From positions 2,240,001-2,304,000 of the forward strand of contig OZ244852.1 in the NCBI GenBank assembly GCA_965220965.1: a stretch of DNA of 64,000 nt. The letters are read 5' to 3'. Position 1 is the stretch's first letter, and each line of letters begins with the position of its first letter. This document shows, in pieces, positions 46,118-54,560 of this stretch. The DNA comes from Candidatus Marinacidobacterium sp. (lineage in GTDB: Bacteria > Acidobacteriota > Vicinamibacteria > Marinacidobacterales > Marinacidobacteraceae). The notes beneath the pieces were generated by a model. The model saw only the letters and a list, made by a program, of their open reading frames with translations, had not been told where the DNA came from and did no database searches. The translations under genes were made by a program, and so were the position numbers.

Positions 46118-47898
46118 GCGACTCCGCCGCCGCGCCGCAGCCCGAGCGCCGGGACCGGCGGCTTCTGGCCCACGTCCTGCCGTACGTCAAGCCCTACTGG
46201 CCGTTCATCGGTCTCGGCGTGCTGCTGGTGCTGGTCGCCGCCGGAGCGCAGATCGCCGGACCGTACCTGACCCGGATCGCAATCGATGACCACATCGCGG
46301 TGGGGGACACCGAAGGGCTGATCCGCATCCTCGGCCTCTACGCGCTCATGCTCGGCGTCGGTTTCGTCGCCGCCTACGGCCAGGCCTGGATCGTGAACCT
46401 GTTCGGCCAACGGGTCATGCGCGACATCCGGCGGGACGTCTTCGACCACATCCAGCGGCTCCATGCGGGATGGTTCGACCGGAATCCGATCGGGAAAGTG
46501 GTCACCCGCGCCACGAGCGATGTGGACGCCCTGAACGAACTGCTCAGCTCGGGCGTCGTCATGATCATCACCGACGTCGTGCTCCTCGTCGGGATCATGA
46601 CGGCGCTGCTGGTCATGAACTGGCAACTGGCGCTCGTGACCTTCGGGGCGGTCCCGGCGCTGTTCCTCGCCGGCTGGCTCTTCCGGCGCAAAATCCGGCC
46701 CGCGTTCCGACGGGTCCGGGAGGCGGTCGCCCAGGTGAACTCGTTCATCCAGGAGACCCTGACCGGGATCGAAGTGCTCCAGTTGTTCCGCCAGGAACGA
46801 CGGCGCGCCCGCGAATACCGGGTGCTGAACCGCGAGCACACCGGCGCCCATCTGGACACCGTGTTCTGTTTCTCGGTGTTCTATCCGGTCGTCGAGATGA
46901 TCACCGCGGTCACCATCGGGGTGATCGTGGGCTACGGAGGCGCCAGCATCGGCTCCGGGACGCTGAGCGTGGGCGCCCTCGTGGCGTTTCTCATGTACTC
47001 CGAGATGTTCTTCCGGCCGATCCGCGATCTGACCGAGAAGTTCAACATCCTCCAGGGGGCGATGGCCGCCTCGGAGCGCATCGTGGAGCTGCTTTCGACC
47101 GAACCCGGGATCGTGAGCCCGGCCCGGGCGCGCACACCCCGGCGCCGCGACGGGTCCTTCGGGCTGGATGCGGTCTGGTTCGCCTACAACGAACCGGACT
47201 GGGTCCTCGAGGACATCCGCCTGGACGTGGCGCCCGGGGAGACTCTGGCCGTCGTCGGGCACACCGGCGCGGGGAAGACGACGCTCGCCGCCCTGCTGCT
47301 GCGCCTTTACGAAGCGCAGCGCGGCGCGGTGCGGGTGGACGGGCTGGATGTTCGCGAGTGGGACCTGCGCGATCTGCGCGGGCAGTTCTCGATGGTCCAG
47401 CAGGATGTCCACCTGTTCTCCGGCAGCGTTCTCGACAACATCCGGCTGGGCGACCCCGCCATCAGCGAAGACGACGCCCGCCGGGCCGCCGAAGCGGCGG
47501 AGGTGACGACGTGGGCGGCGCAACTCCCCGACGGACTCGAGACCCGGCTCGGAGAGCGTGGCTCCGGGCTCTCCCAGGGGCAGCGTCAGCTCGTGGGGAT
47601 CGCCCGGGCGATGGCCCGGCGGTCGCGGGTGCTCGTCCTCGACGAGGCCACCTCGAGCGTGGACACCGAGACCGAGCGGGCGGTCCAGACCGCGCTCGGC
47701 CGCGTGCTCGAAGACCGGACGAGCCTGGTCATCGCCCACCGGCTCTCGACGATCCGGGGGGCGGACCGCATCGTCGTGCTCCACCGCGGCCGGGTCCGGG
47801 AAATCGGGACGCACGAGGAGCTTCTGGTGCGGGGGGACATCTACAGCCGCCTCGTGGAACTCCAGTTCGCGCAGGAGGCGGTGCTGGCGCCCGCATGA
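46114..47898 (+). CDS. ABC exporter, fused permease/ATPase (MdlB-like)
   Basis: TMD plus GHTGAGKTT, LSQGQRQL and LDEATSSVD. GTGA overlap; likely heterodimer partner of the previous gene. Confidence 0.92.
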   Translation: MSDSAAAPQPERRDRRLLAHVLPYVKPYWPFIGLGVLLVLVAAGAQIAGPYLTRIAIDDHIAVGDTEGLIRILGLYALMLGVGFVAAYGQAWIVNLFGQRVMRDIRRDVFDHIQRLHAGWFDRNPIGKVVTRATSDVDALNELLSSGVVMIITDVVLLVGIMTALLVMNWQLALVTFGAVPALFLAGWLFRRKIRPAFRRVREAVAQVNSFIQETLTGIEVLQLFRQERRRAREYRVLNREHTGAHLDTVFCFSVFYPVVEMITAVTIGVIVGYGGASIGSGTLSVGALVAFLMYSEMFFRPIRDLTEKFNILQGAMAASERIVELLSTEPGIVSPARARTPRRRDGSFGLDAVWFAYNEPDWVLEDIRLDVAPGETLAVVGHTGAGKTTLAALLLRLYEAQRGAVRVDGLDVREWDLRDLRGQFSMVQQDVHLFSGSVLDNIRLGDPAISEDDARRAAEAAEVTTWAAQLPDGLETRLGERGSGLSQGQRQLVGIARAMARRSRVLVLDEATSSVDTETERAVQTALGRVLEDRTSLVIAHRLSTIRGADRIVVLHRGRVREIGTHEELLVRGDIYSRLVELQFAQEAVLAPA

Positions 47899-47923
47899 GG
47901 CCGACGCGATCGGGAGAGACTTC

Positions 47924-48352
47924 ATGACCGAACCGCTGACGCTCGACCTGGAGGGGGTCATGGGCGTGCTTCCGCACCGGGAGCCGTTCCTCTTCCTGCA
48001 CGGCGTGACCGACCTGGTTCCGGGAGAGCGGGCCCGGGGGTTCGTGACGGTCCCCCCCGACCACCCCTACGGCCTGGGGCAACCCGAAGTCCCGGCGGGG
48101 CTCATCATCGAGGCGATGGCCCAGCTCGGCGGAGTGGCGATGCTCTACGAGCGGCGCGGAAAGGGCGCGCTCGTGCTCTTCCGGAGCATCCAGGGTTTCC
48201 GGTTGACCGGCTCGGTGGCGTTCGGTGCGCGGCTGGACCTCGCGGCGACGGTCGGCCGGGTGCGGGGACGCTTCGGCGAAGTCCACGGCGAGGCCCGGGC
48301 GGGCGGCGAACTGGTGGCGGAGGCCACGCTCGGTTTCGCCGTCATGGAGTGA
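47924..48352 (+). CDS. FabZ-like hotdog-fold dehydratase
   Basis: LPHREPFLFL and GLIIEAMAQ. Confidence 0.78.
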   Translation: MTEPLTLDLEGVMGVLPHREPFLFLHGVTDLVPGERARGFVTVPPDHPYGLGQPEVPAGLIIEAMAQLGGVAMLYERRGKGALVLFRSIQGFRLTGSVAFGARLDLAATVGRVRGRFGEVHGEARAGGELVAEATLGFAVME

Positions 48353-49659
48353 TCATGGACAGGAATCGGACGCCAGGAGTCCGGCGCAGGCTGTGGGTCG
48401 CGCTCGTGGGGGTGGCGCTGGCCGCCGGATCACCGGCCGCAGGGCAGGAGGCCTCGCCGGGCGAGTGGCTGGGCTTTCGCGGTCCGGGTCGCGACGGGAG
48501 GGTGAGCGGATGGCCGGAGCGGCTCGCCGAGCCCGCCGGCTGGCCGGAGGAACTCACCCCGTCCTGGCGGGTCGAGGTCGGGCTGGGCCACGCGAGTCCG
48601 GTGGTCGTCGGGGACGCCGTGCTGGTCTTCACCCGGGAAGGCGACGAGGAAGTCCTCCGGGCGCTCGACGCCGGGACCGGAGAGTCGCGCTGGCGGAGCG
48701 CCTACCCCGCCCCCTACACGATGCACCGCTCGGCGCGCGGTCACGGTCCCGGGCCCAAGGCGACGCCGGAGGTCGCATCGGGGCGGGTCTTCACGCTCGG
48801 GATCTCCGGGATCCTGTCGGCGTGGGACGCGGGAGGCGGCGCCCTCCTCTGGCGCCGGGATTACCGGGAGCGTTTCCCGACGGAGCGATGGCCGCTCTAC
48901 GGGACCGGGGCTTCGCCGCTCGCGCTCCCCGGGGGCGATGTCGTGCTGGTTCACCTCGGCGCGCCGGAGCGCGGGGTTCTGGCGGCGCTCGGCGCCGCAA
49001 CCGGGGACGCGGTCTGGGAGCTGGGGGACGACGGCCCGGCGTACGTCTCACCGATCCTGATCCGGGTCGCCGGCGTGAGCGCGGTGTTCACCATGACCGA
49101 AGAGCGGATCGTCGCCGTCTCCCCGGAGACCGGGGACCTGCTCTGGGAGATGCCGTTCACGACGCCGTACGACCAGAACATCATCACGCCGCTGCCGCTC
49201 CCCGACGGCGAGACGATCGTCTTCTCGGGGCTCGCCCAGCCCACGTTCGCGGTGCGCTTCCGGGCCGGCCCAGGCGGTGGACTGATCGGCGAGACGGTCT
49301 GGGAGGCGGAGGACAGCCCGCTCTACATGAGCAGCCCGGTCCTCACCGATGGCCGGATCACGGCGTTTTCGGAGCGCAACAGCGGCCAGTTCGTGAGCCT
49401 CGACGCGACGAGCGGCGCGGTCCGCTGGCGGTCGCCGCCCCGCTCGGGGGAAAACGCCGCCCTCCTGATGTTCGGGCGGACCGTGCTCGCCCTGACCGAC
49501 ACTTCGGAACTGCTGGTGCTCGATCCGGCGGCGTCCGAATTCGCCCCGCTCCGCCGCTACGAAGTCGCTCCGACCCCCACCTGGGCTCACCCGGCGCCGC
49601 TGGACGGCGGGCTCCTGGTCAAGGACGAGACGCACCTCGCCGCCTGGCGCTTCCCCTGA
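48349..49659 (+). CDS. PQQ-like beta-propeller protein (BamB-like repeats)
   Basis: WLGFRGPGRDG, GHASPVV, LDAGTGESRW and TWAHPA. Confidence 0.85.
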   Translation: MIMDRNRTPGVRRRLWVALVGVALAAGSPAAGQEASPGEWLGFRGPGRDGRVSGWPERLAEPAGWPEELTPSWRVEVGLGHASPVVVGDAVLVFTREGDEEVLRALDAGTGESRWRSAYPAPYTMHRSARGHGPGPKATPEVASGRVFTLGISGILSAWDAGGGALLWRRDYRERFPTERWPLYGTGASPLALPGGDVVLVHLGAPERGVLAALGAATGDAVWELGDDGPAYVSPILIRVAGVSAVFTMTEERIVAVSPETGDLLWEMPFTTPYDQNIITPLPLPDGETIVFSGLAQPTFAVRFRAGPGGGLIGETVWEAEDSPLYMSSPVLTDGRITAFSERNSGQFVSLDATSGAVRWRSPPRSGENAALLMFGRTVLALTDTSELLVLDPAASEFAPLRRYEVAPTPTWAHPAPLDGGLLVKDETHLAAWRFP

Positions 49660-49827
49660 GGGGCGCTCAGGAGGCGAATCAGACGGCGTTGCCGGTTGTT
49701 CGCCTCGCGGCGACGCCCAGCCAATTGGGAGTGGTCGGGCGCGCTCTCTCAGGCGAGCCTCCCGAGGGTTTCGGCGGCCGCAGCGGGGCGTCGCGGATCG
49801 ACTACGCTCGCTACACCCGGACGACCC

Positions 49828-50556
49828 ATGCGCCTCTTCGACTCACCCGATGCCAGAGCCGAGCCTGTCGCCGGACAGGAGACCTCGGTTCTCCGTGCGG
49901 AGGCCTTTCTCGGAGGCCTCAACGATCACGAAGCGCAAAACGCACCCGGGCGGTTCTTCGTCGCCGGAGACGTCTCGCTTCTGCAGCACGGTCGACGCGT
50001 TGCGGTCGTGGGCTCGCGCGACGCCGATGCGGAGAGCCTCGATCGCACGCGGCGCTTCGTGAAGCATCTGGTGGACCACTGCGTCACCGTGGTCAGCGGT
50101 CTCGCCCTGGGCGTGGACACGATGGCGCATCAGACCGCGATGGAGGAGGGAGGCCGGACGATCGCCGTGCTCGGGACACCTCTGGATCGGACCTATCCCC
50201 GCCAAAACACGGCCATGCAGGAACGCATCATCCGGGAGCACGTGGCCGTGTCCCAGTTTGCGCCGGGCTCGCCGGTGCGTCGTCAGAACTTCGCGCTTCG
50301 GAACCGGACGATGGCCCTCATCACTGACGCCACCGTCGTCGTCACCGCCGGGCCGGAAAGCGGGACCAGACATCAGGGGTGGGAAGCGATCCGCCTCGGG
50401 CGCGATCTGTTCTTCCTCGAGCCCTTCGTCGAGTCGAGCATCCCGTGGGTCCAGGAACAGGTCGCGTACGGAGCGCAGCCGCTCGGTCCCGACAATCTGG
50501 ACCTGTTCTTCGAGCATCTGCCGGAAAGGGCCGGGCTCGAACCAGTTGCTTTCTGA
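49828..50556 (+). CDS. Stand-alone DprA/Smf (SLOG)-family protein
   Basis: VAVVGSR, VVSGLALGVDTMAH, GRTIAVLGTPLDRTYP, RNRTMA and SGTRHQ. Lacks the SAM and winged-helix domains of competence DprA. Confidence 0.88.
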   Translation: MRLFDSPDARAEPVAGQETSVLRAEAFLGGLNDHEAQNAPGRFFVAGDVSLLQHGRRVAVVGSRDADAESLDRTRRFVKHLVDHCVTVVSGLALGVDTMAHQTAMEEGGRTIAVLGTPLDRTYPRQNTAMQERIIREHVAVSQFAPGSPVRRQNFALRNRTMALITDATVVVTAGPESGTRHQGWEAIRLGRDLFFLEPFVESSIPWVQEQVAYGAQPLGPDNLDLFFEHLPERAGLEPVAF

Positions 50557-50592
50557 AGCGCAGTCCGCGCAACGCGCGTCTCGACCAACGAC

Positions 50593-51789
50593 TCAGACCG
50601 GCCAGTCGCGCAAGAATTCGTGACCCAGCCGTCGGCCCTCCGCGAAAGCTCTTATCTGCTCCCCCAGCACATCGTCCAATTCGGTCTTCGCCTGGTGGAG
50701 ACTCTGTGTCCTCGCTTGCAGGTCTCCAACGGTGTCTCTGAACATATCTCCAACGCTGTCTCTGAACAGATCGACCCGGGTTCGACTTAACTGAGTCACG
50801 AACTCACCCACGATGCGTCGATAACGATTGGCTGTGTCTTCTTTATCCCACAAGAGGTTTTCTTTATCCCACGAGAGAAAGAAGAGTACGAAGAACATCG
50901 CGGCCTCACCAAAGACCGCGCGCATGAGCTGGCGAAACTGCCCTAGGTCCGGCCGTGCCACGTCCACGTAGTCCTTCATCGCCGTTTCCAGGTTCCGCGT
51001 CATTTTGCGTTCTCGAACTTGTCTCTCCCGCAGACTTGCGTTCGAATCCAACGAGACAAACGCCCTCACACACTCCGTGAGCCGAGACCAGTGCTTCGCG
51101 GCCTGTGAGTCGAGACGCTCAGTAATCCGACGAAGTTCCTTCAGTCTTCCTTCCACACCGTCCATGGTTTGGAACAGCAACCTCCGCGTGGTTTGGGGGA
51201 GGTGAAGGCCGCCCTTACTGGTGTCGTCGCTTATCGTACTTCCGCAACTCCCCTTGCCAAGGAGTTCGGGAAGCGATGCGATTAAGTGTCGGCTCAATTT
51301 GAGAAATAGCTCCACGTCACTGCGGAACGTGTCGTGCAGTGTCATCTTTCTCAACTCCGCCAGGAACTCCTGCAGCTTGCTGCACTGATGGCGTGCCGTA
51401 GCATCCGAATCGGAAGGATCATCCTTCACATAAACCATGATGCGCGGCCGCGACCCGTGACGCTCCCTCTGCTTCACCGCCCAGCGGAATTCCTCCTCAG
51501 TTCCGGACCCAAACCCCGGAGTCGGGGTCCCGAATCGACGCCACAGAAGCAGTATGAAAACATCAGGTCGCTCCTCTTCGTAGACGCGCCCTATAACTCG
51601 TTGCGGACCACCGCCATCGAAGTCCGGAACGGCGTGTGTTTCCCAGCGCAAGAGCTTGATGTGAACACTTAGAATCGGACCGATAGACTTGTTGAACGTC
51701 TCGATTGCGTTGGCCACTACGTCACGCTCACGCCTCACGTCCGAAGGCGACGACAGAAAGACCTTGATTGGCCGTAGGGACTGCGTCAT
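50593..51789 (-). CDS. DUF4062 (TIR-like) domain protein with helical C-terminus
   Basis: KVFLSSPSDVRRER...LLRWE...PQRVI...LWRRFGTPT...SGTEEEF...IMVY. Visibly lower GC than the flanks. Confidence 0.8.
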   Translation of the reverse strand: MTQSLRPIKVFLSSPSDVRRERDVVANAIETFNKSIGPILSVHIKLLRWETHAVPDFDGGGPQRVIGRVYEEERPDVFILLLWRRFGTPTPGFGSGTEEEFRWAVKQRERHGSRPRIMVYVKDDPSDSDATARHQCSKLQEFLAELRKMTLHDTFRSDVELFLKLSRHLIASLPELLGKGSCGSTISDDTSKGGLHLPQTTRRLLFQTMDGVEGRLKELRRITERLDSQAAKHWSRLTECVRAFVSLDSNASLRERQVRERKMTRNLETAMKDYVDVARPDLGQFRQLMRAVFGEAAMFFVLFFLSWDKENLLWDKEDTANRYRRIVGEFVTQLSRTRVDLFRDSVGDMFRDTVGDLQARTQSLHQAKTELDDVLGEQIRAFAEGRRLGHEFLRDWPV

Positions 51790-52102
51790 GGCTTTACTAG
51801 CGTCATCGCGCCCGAATCACTCCTCTGTAATGGTTCCAGTTGAAATGGTCTTCGTGTCCATGCGCCGTGGGCCTCATCCTGGCTGACGCACGCCATGACG
51901 AGGCGCCGTTGATTCGGAAGACGAACGGACCGGGCCGTGTTGATGTTGGCGGGCACGCAAAAGTGCACACATCTGGGCATCCAAAATGGCGCAGTTCGGG
52001 GCTTGGCGCGCGGATCGCTGGGGGCTGTCTGCGGGAGTAGCGTCTCCCAGGGGGAACGGGGATCGGGGCAAGCTGTCGTCTCTACTGACCGAGGGAGGCG
52101 TC

Positions 52103-53149
52103 ATGTTCGAGAGGACGAAGAGGGTTCTGGCGAGGCACTACCTGGACGAGGGGATGAGCAAGGCGGCGGTTGCTCGCCGCGTCGGGGTCGGCAGGAGGAC
52201 GCTGTACAACTGGATCCGGGGTGGACTGCTCGAGGGTCGGCTGGGAGACCAGAAGGGCGGATACGGTCCCCGGGGTTCAGGGAGGTCAAAGCTCGAGCCG
52301 TTCGAGGAGATCATCCGGGCGCGGCTGAGCGTCCACCCGCACCTGAGCGCCGTTCGGCTTTTCGAAGAGGTGAGGGCGGCGGGCTACACCGGCGGGTATG
52401 ACCAGGTGAAGCGGCACGTCCGGGAGGTCCGGCCTCGGGAGCGGGTGGAGCCGCCAGTCAGGTTCGAGACGCCCCCAGGCCATCAGGGTCAGGTGGACTT
52501 CGCGGAGTTCGGGCTGCCGTGGGGGAGACGCCACGCGCTGATGGTGGTGCTGGGCTATTCGCGTCGACTCTGGCTGCGGTTCTACGAGGGCCAGACGATG
52601 ATGGTGTTGATCCGCGGCCTTGAGGAAGCGTTCTCGTATCTGGGGGGCGTGCCGACGGAGTTGTTGTTCGACCAGATGAAGGCGGTGGTGATCGCCGACG
52701 GGCGGGGTTCGGGCGGCCGGTTGGTCAAGAACGCGGAGTTCCGGGGCTTCAGCGATCACTGGGGCTTCCGGATCCGGGCCTGCCGGCCGCATCAGGCGCA
52801 GACGAAGGGGAAGGTCGAGCGTCCGATCCGATACGTGCGGGATAACTTCTTCTACGGGCGCGAGTTCGTGTCTGACGACGACCTGAACGCGCGGGCGCGG
52901 CAGTGGCTCGACGATGTGGCCAACGTGCGGGTTCACGGGAGCCTGGGGGAGCGCATTGACGAGCGCTTCGCCCGAGAGGCCCCTCTGCTGGGTCCGCTGG
53001 CGGAGCGGCCCTACGCCCCGGTCGTGCCGCGGATCGAAGCGGCGACGAAGCCGGGGCAAGATGTCCGGGGGCCGGGCGTACCGCGCATCGCCGTCGAACG
53101 GCGGTCGCTGGAGGACTACGCGTCAGTCGGCGCAGGGGGAGCGTTGTGA
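52103..53149 (+). CDS. istA: IS21 transposase
   Basis: N-terminal HTH, RFETPPGHQGQVDF, LLFDQMK and QTKGKVERPIRYVR. RBS GAGGGAGG. Confidence 0.95.
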   Translation: MFERTKRVLARHYLDEGMSKAAVARRVGVGRRTLYNWIRGGLLEGRLGDQKGGYGPRGSGRSKLEPFEEIIRARLSVHPHLSAVRLFEEVRAAGYTGGYDQVKRHVREVRPRERVEPPVRFETPPGHQGQVDFAEFGLPWGRRHALMVVLGYSRRLWLRFYEGQTMMVLIRGLEEAFSYLGGVPTELLFDQMKAVVIADGRGSGGRLVKNAEFRGFSDHWGFRIRACRPHQAQTKGKVERPIRYVRDNFFYGREFVSDDDLNARARQWLDDVANVRVHGSLGERIDERFAREAPLLGPLAERPYAPVVPRIEAATKPGQDVRGPGVPRIAVERRSLEDYASVGAGGAL

Positions 53150-53964
53150 AGCCCCGGTCTCGCCGGCAGCACATCGCCGAGCAACTGGCCGACCTGAAGA
53201 TGCCGGGAGCTCTCGAGGCCCTGGACGAGGTCCTCGCCGGAGTGGACGGCGGCGGCTACACCGCGTCCGAGGCGATCGATCGGCTGCTGGCTGCGCAGAT
53301 CGCGCTCCGCAACAGCCGCCGGCTGGCCACGGCGATGCGCTCCAGCCGTCTTCCGGGGCTGAAGACGCTGCGGGACTTCGACTTCACCTTTCAGCCGTCC
53401 CTTCGGCGGGAGCAGATCGACTCGCTACACGAGCTCGGCTTCCTGGAGCGCAAGGAGAACGTCGTGTTCCTGGGCCCACCGGGTGTGGGGAAGACCCATC
53501 TGGCGATCAGCCTGGCGGTCGCGGCCGCCGAGAACGGGCGCAGGATCTACTTCGGGACGCTGAGCGATCTGATCGAGTCACTCGAAGAGGCCCACGCATC
53601 AGGCCGGCTCAAGCAGCGGCTTCGGACGCTCACGCATCCTGCGCTGCTGGTCGTGGACGAGATCGGGTATCTCTCCGTGACGCCGAACGGAGCCCGGTTG
53701 TTCTTCCAGCTCGTGAACGCCCGCTACCGGCGGGGTTCGACCGTGCTGACCTCGAACAAGGGCTTCGAGCACTGGGGCGAGATCCTGCACGACGAGGTCA
53801 TGGCGGCAGCCCTCCTGGACCGCCTGCTGCACCGCTGCCACATCGTCAACATCCGTGGGAACAGCTATCGGATGCGACGTCAGATGGAGCTGTCACGCGC
53901 CATTCACCCCACCGCATCCCGGGCGGCGGAGGCCGAGATCAACCAGCAAGGACGGGAGTCGTGA
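53146..53964 (+). CDS. istB: IS21 helper ATPase
   Basis: GPPGVGKTHLA, LLVVDEIGY, LTSNK, AALLDRLLH and GNSYR. Confidence 0.96.
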   Translation: MKPRSRRQHIAEQLADLKMPGALEALDEVLAGVDGGGYTASEAIDRLLAAQIALRNSRRLATAMRSSRLPGLKTLRDFDFTFQPSLRREQIDSLHELGFLERKENVVFLGPPGVGKTHLAISLAVAAAENGRRIYFGTLSDLIESLEEAHASGRLKQRLRTLTHPALLVVDEIGYLSVTPNGARLFFQLVNARYRRGSTVLTSNKGFEHWGEILHDEVMAAALLDRLLHRCHIVNIRGNSYRMRRQMELSRAIHPTASRAAEAEINQQGRES

Positions 53965-54034
53965 AGCCTCGCCGCACCGCCGGTCCGGCCCCCACTCCGG
54001 TCGCTCCGCTCCCTCCGCGGCGGCCAGACCGAAC

Positions 54035-54108
54035 TGTGCCATTTTCGGCGCCCAAATGTGTGCCATTTTCGGCGCCCAAATGTGTGCCATTTTCGATGCC
54101 CATTGACA
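54035..54108. repeat. IS21 right-end subterminal repeats
   Basis: Three copies of tgtgccattttc... at 24-bp period. Two related inverted copies lie at the left end. Confidence 0.9.
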
Positions 54109-54190
54109 GTTGATCCCAAGAAGGAGTGATGTACTCGAGAGCGATTGGAAGGAGTCGACAAACTCGATTCTCCCACCGTCCTCGGCACAG

Positions 54191-54442
54191 TCACTTCTTC
54201 GAGTAGGTGAAGCGGTTGCGGTCCAGCAGGTAGCGGAAGTGTGGGTTCACTAGCATGCTGACCGGCCAGGAACGAACGAGAAATCCCCCGTAGGGCGATC
54301 GCTCAACCCGCGTGATGAATCCGGCGTCAACGCCCTGAGCGCGGCGACGCCGCGCCTCCCGGAGCGCGTCTTCGTAGCGCTCAAACAGAACCGACGGAGC
54401 CGGGGAATCCTGCGGCTCTCTGACGGGCGATGCCTCGCTCAT
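54191..54442 (-). CDS. Small hypothetical protein (83 aa)
   Basis: ATG-initiated ORF in an otherwise empty interval, with protein-like composition and TAAGCT upstream. No family recognised. Confidence 0.5.
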   Translation of the reverse strand: MSEASPVREPQDSPAPSVLFERYEDALREARRRRAQGVDAGFITRVERSPYGGFLVRSWPVSMLVNPHFRYLLDRNRFTYSKK

Positions 54443-54560
54443 GATCTGATCCTGGTAGATCGCTCTAGCTTAGCCATGCCCCGCCACAGCAGGATGTCGC
54501 CCTCCGGAGGCCGGATGGGATTGGCCGAACGGGGCCGGCTATCGGACAGGACCGGTAGCC

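Larger units (their letters stand above)
51944..54108 (+). mobile_element. IS21-family insertion sequence, complete
   Basis: TG...CA ends, imperfect terminal IRs (tgttggcgggcacgcaaaagtgcaca / tgtgccattttcgatgcccattgaca), 5-bp target duplication GTTGA at 51939-51943 and 54109-54113, and istA-istB. Confidence 0.95.

Noticed and set aside
54035-54108. 24-bp tandem repeats as a possible mini-CRISPR or iteron array
   Set aside because: No spacers. They mirror the left IS end and are standard IS21 transposase-binding repeats.
49660-54560. Integrative element or prophage boundaries around the low-GC islet
   Set aside because: No integrase, tRNA or flanking att-like direct repeats found. Only the IS21 has defined ends.
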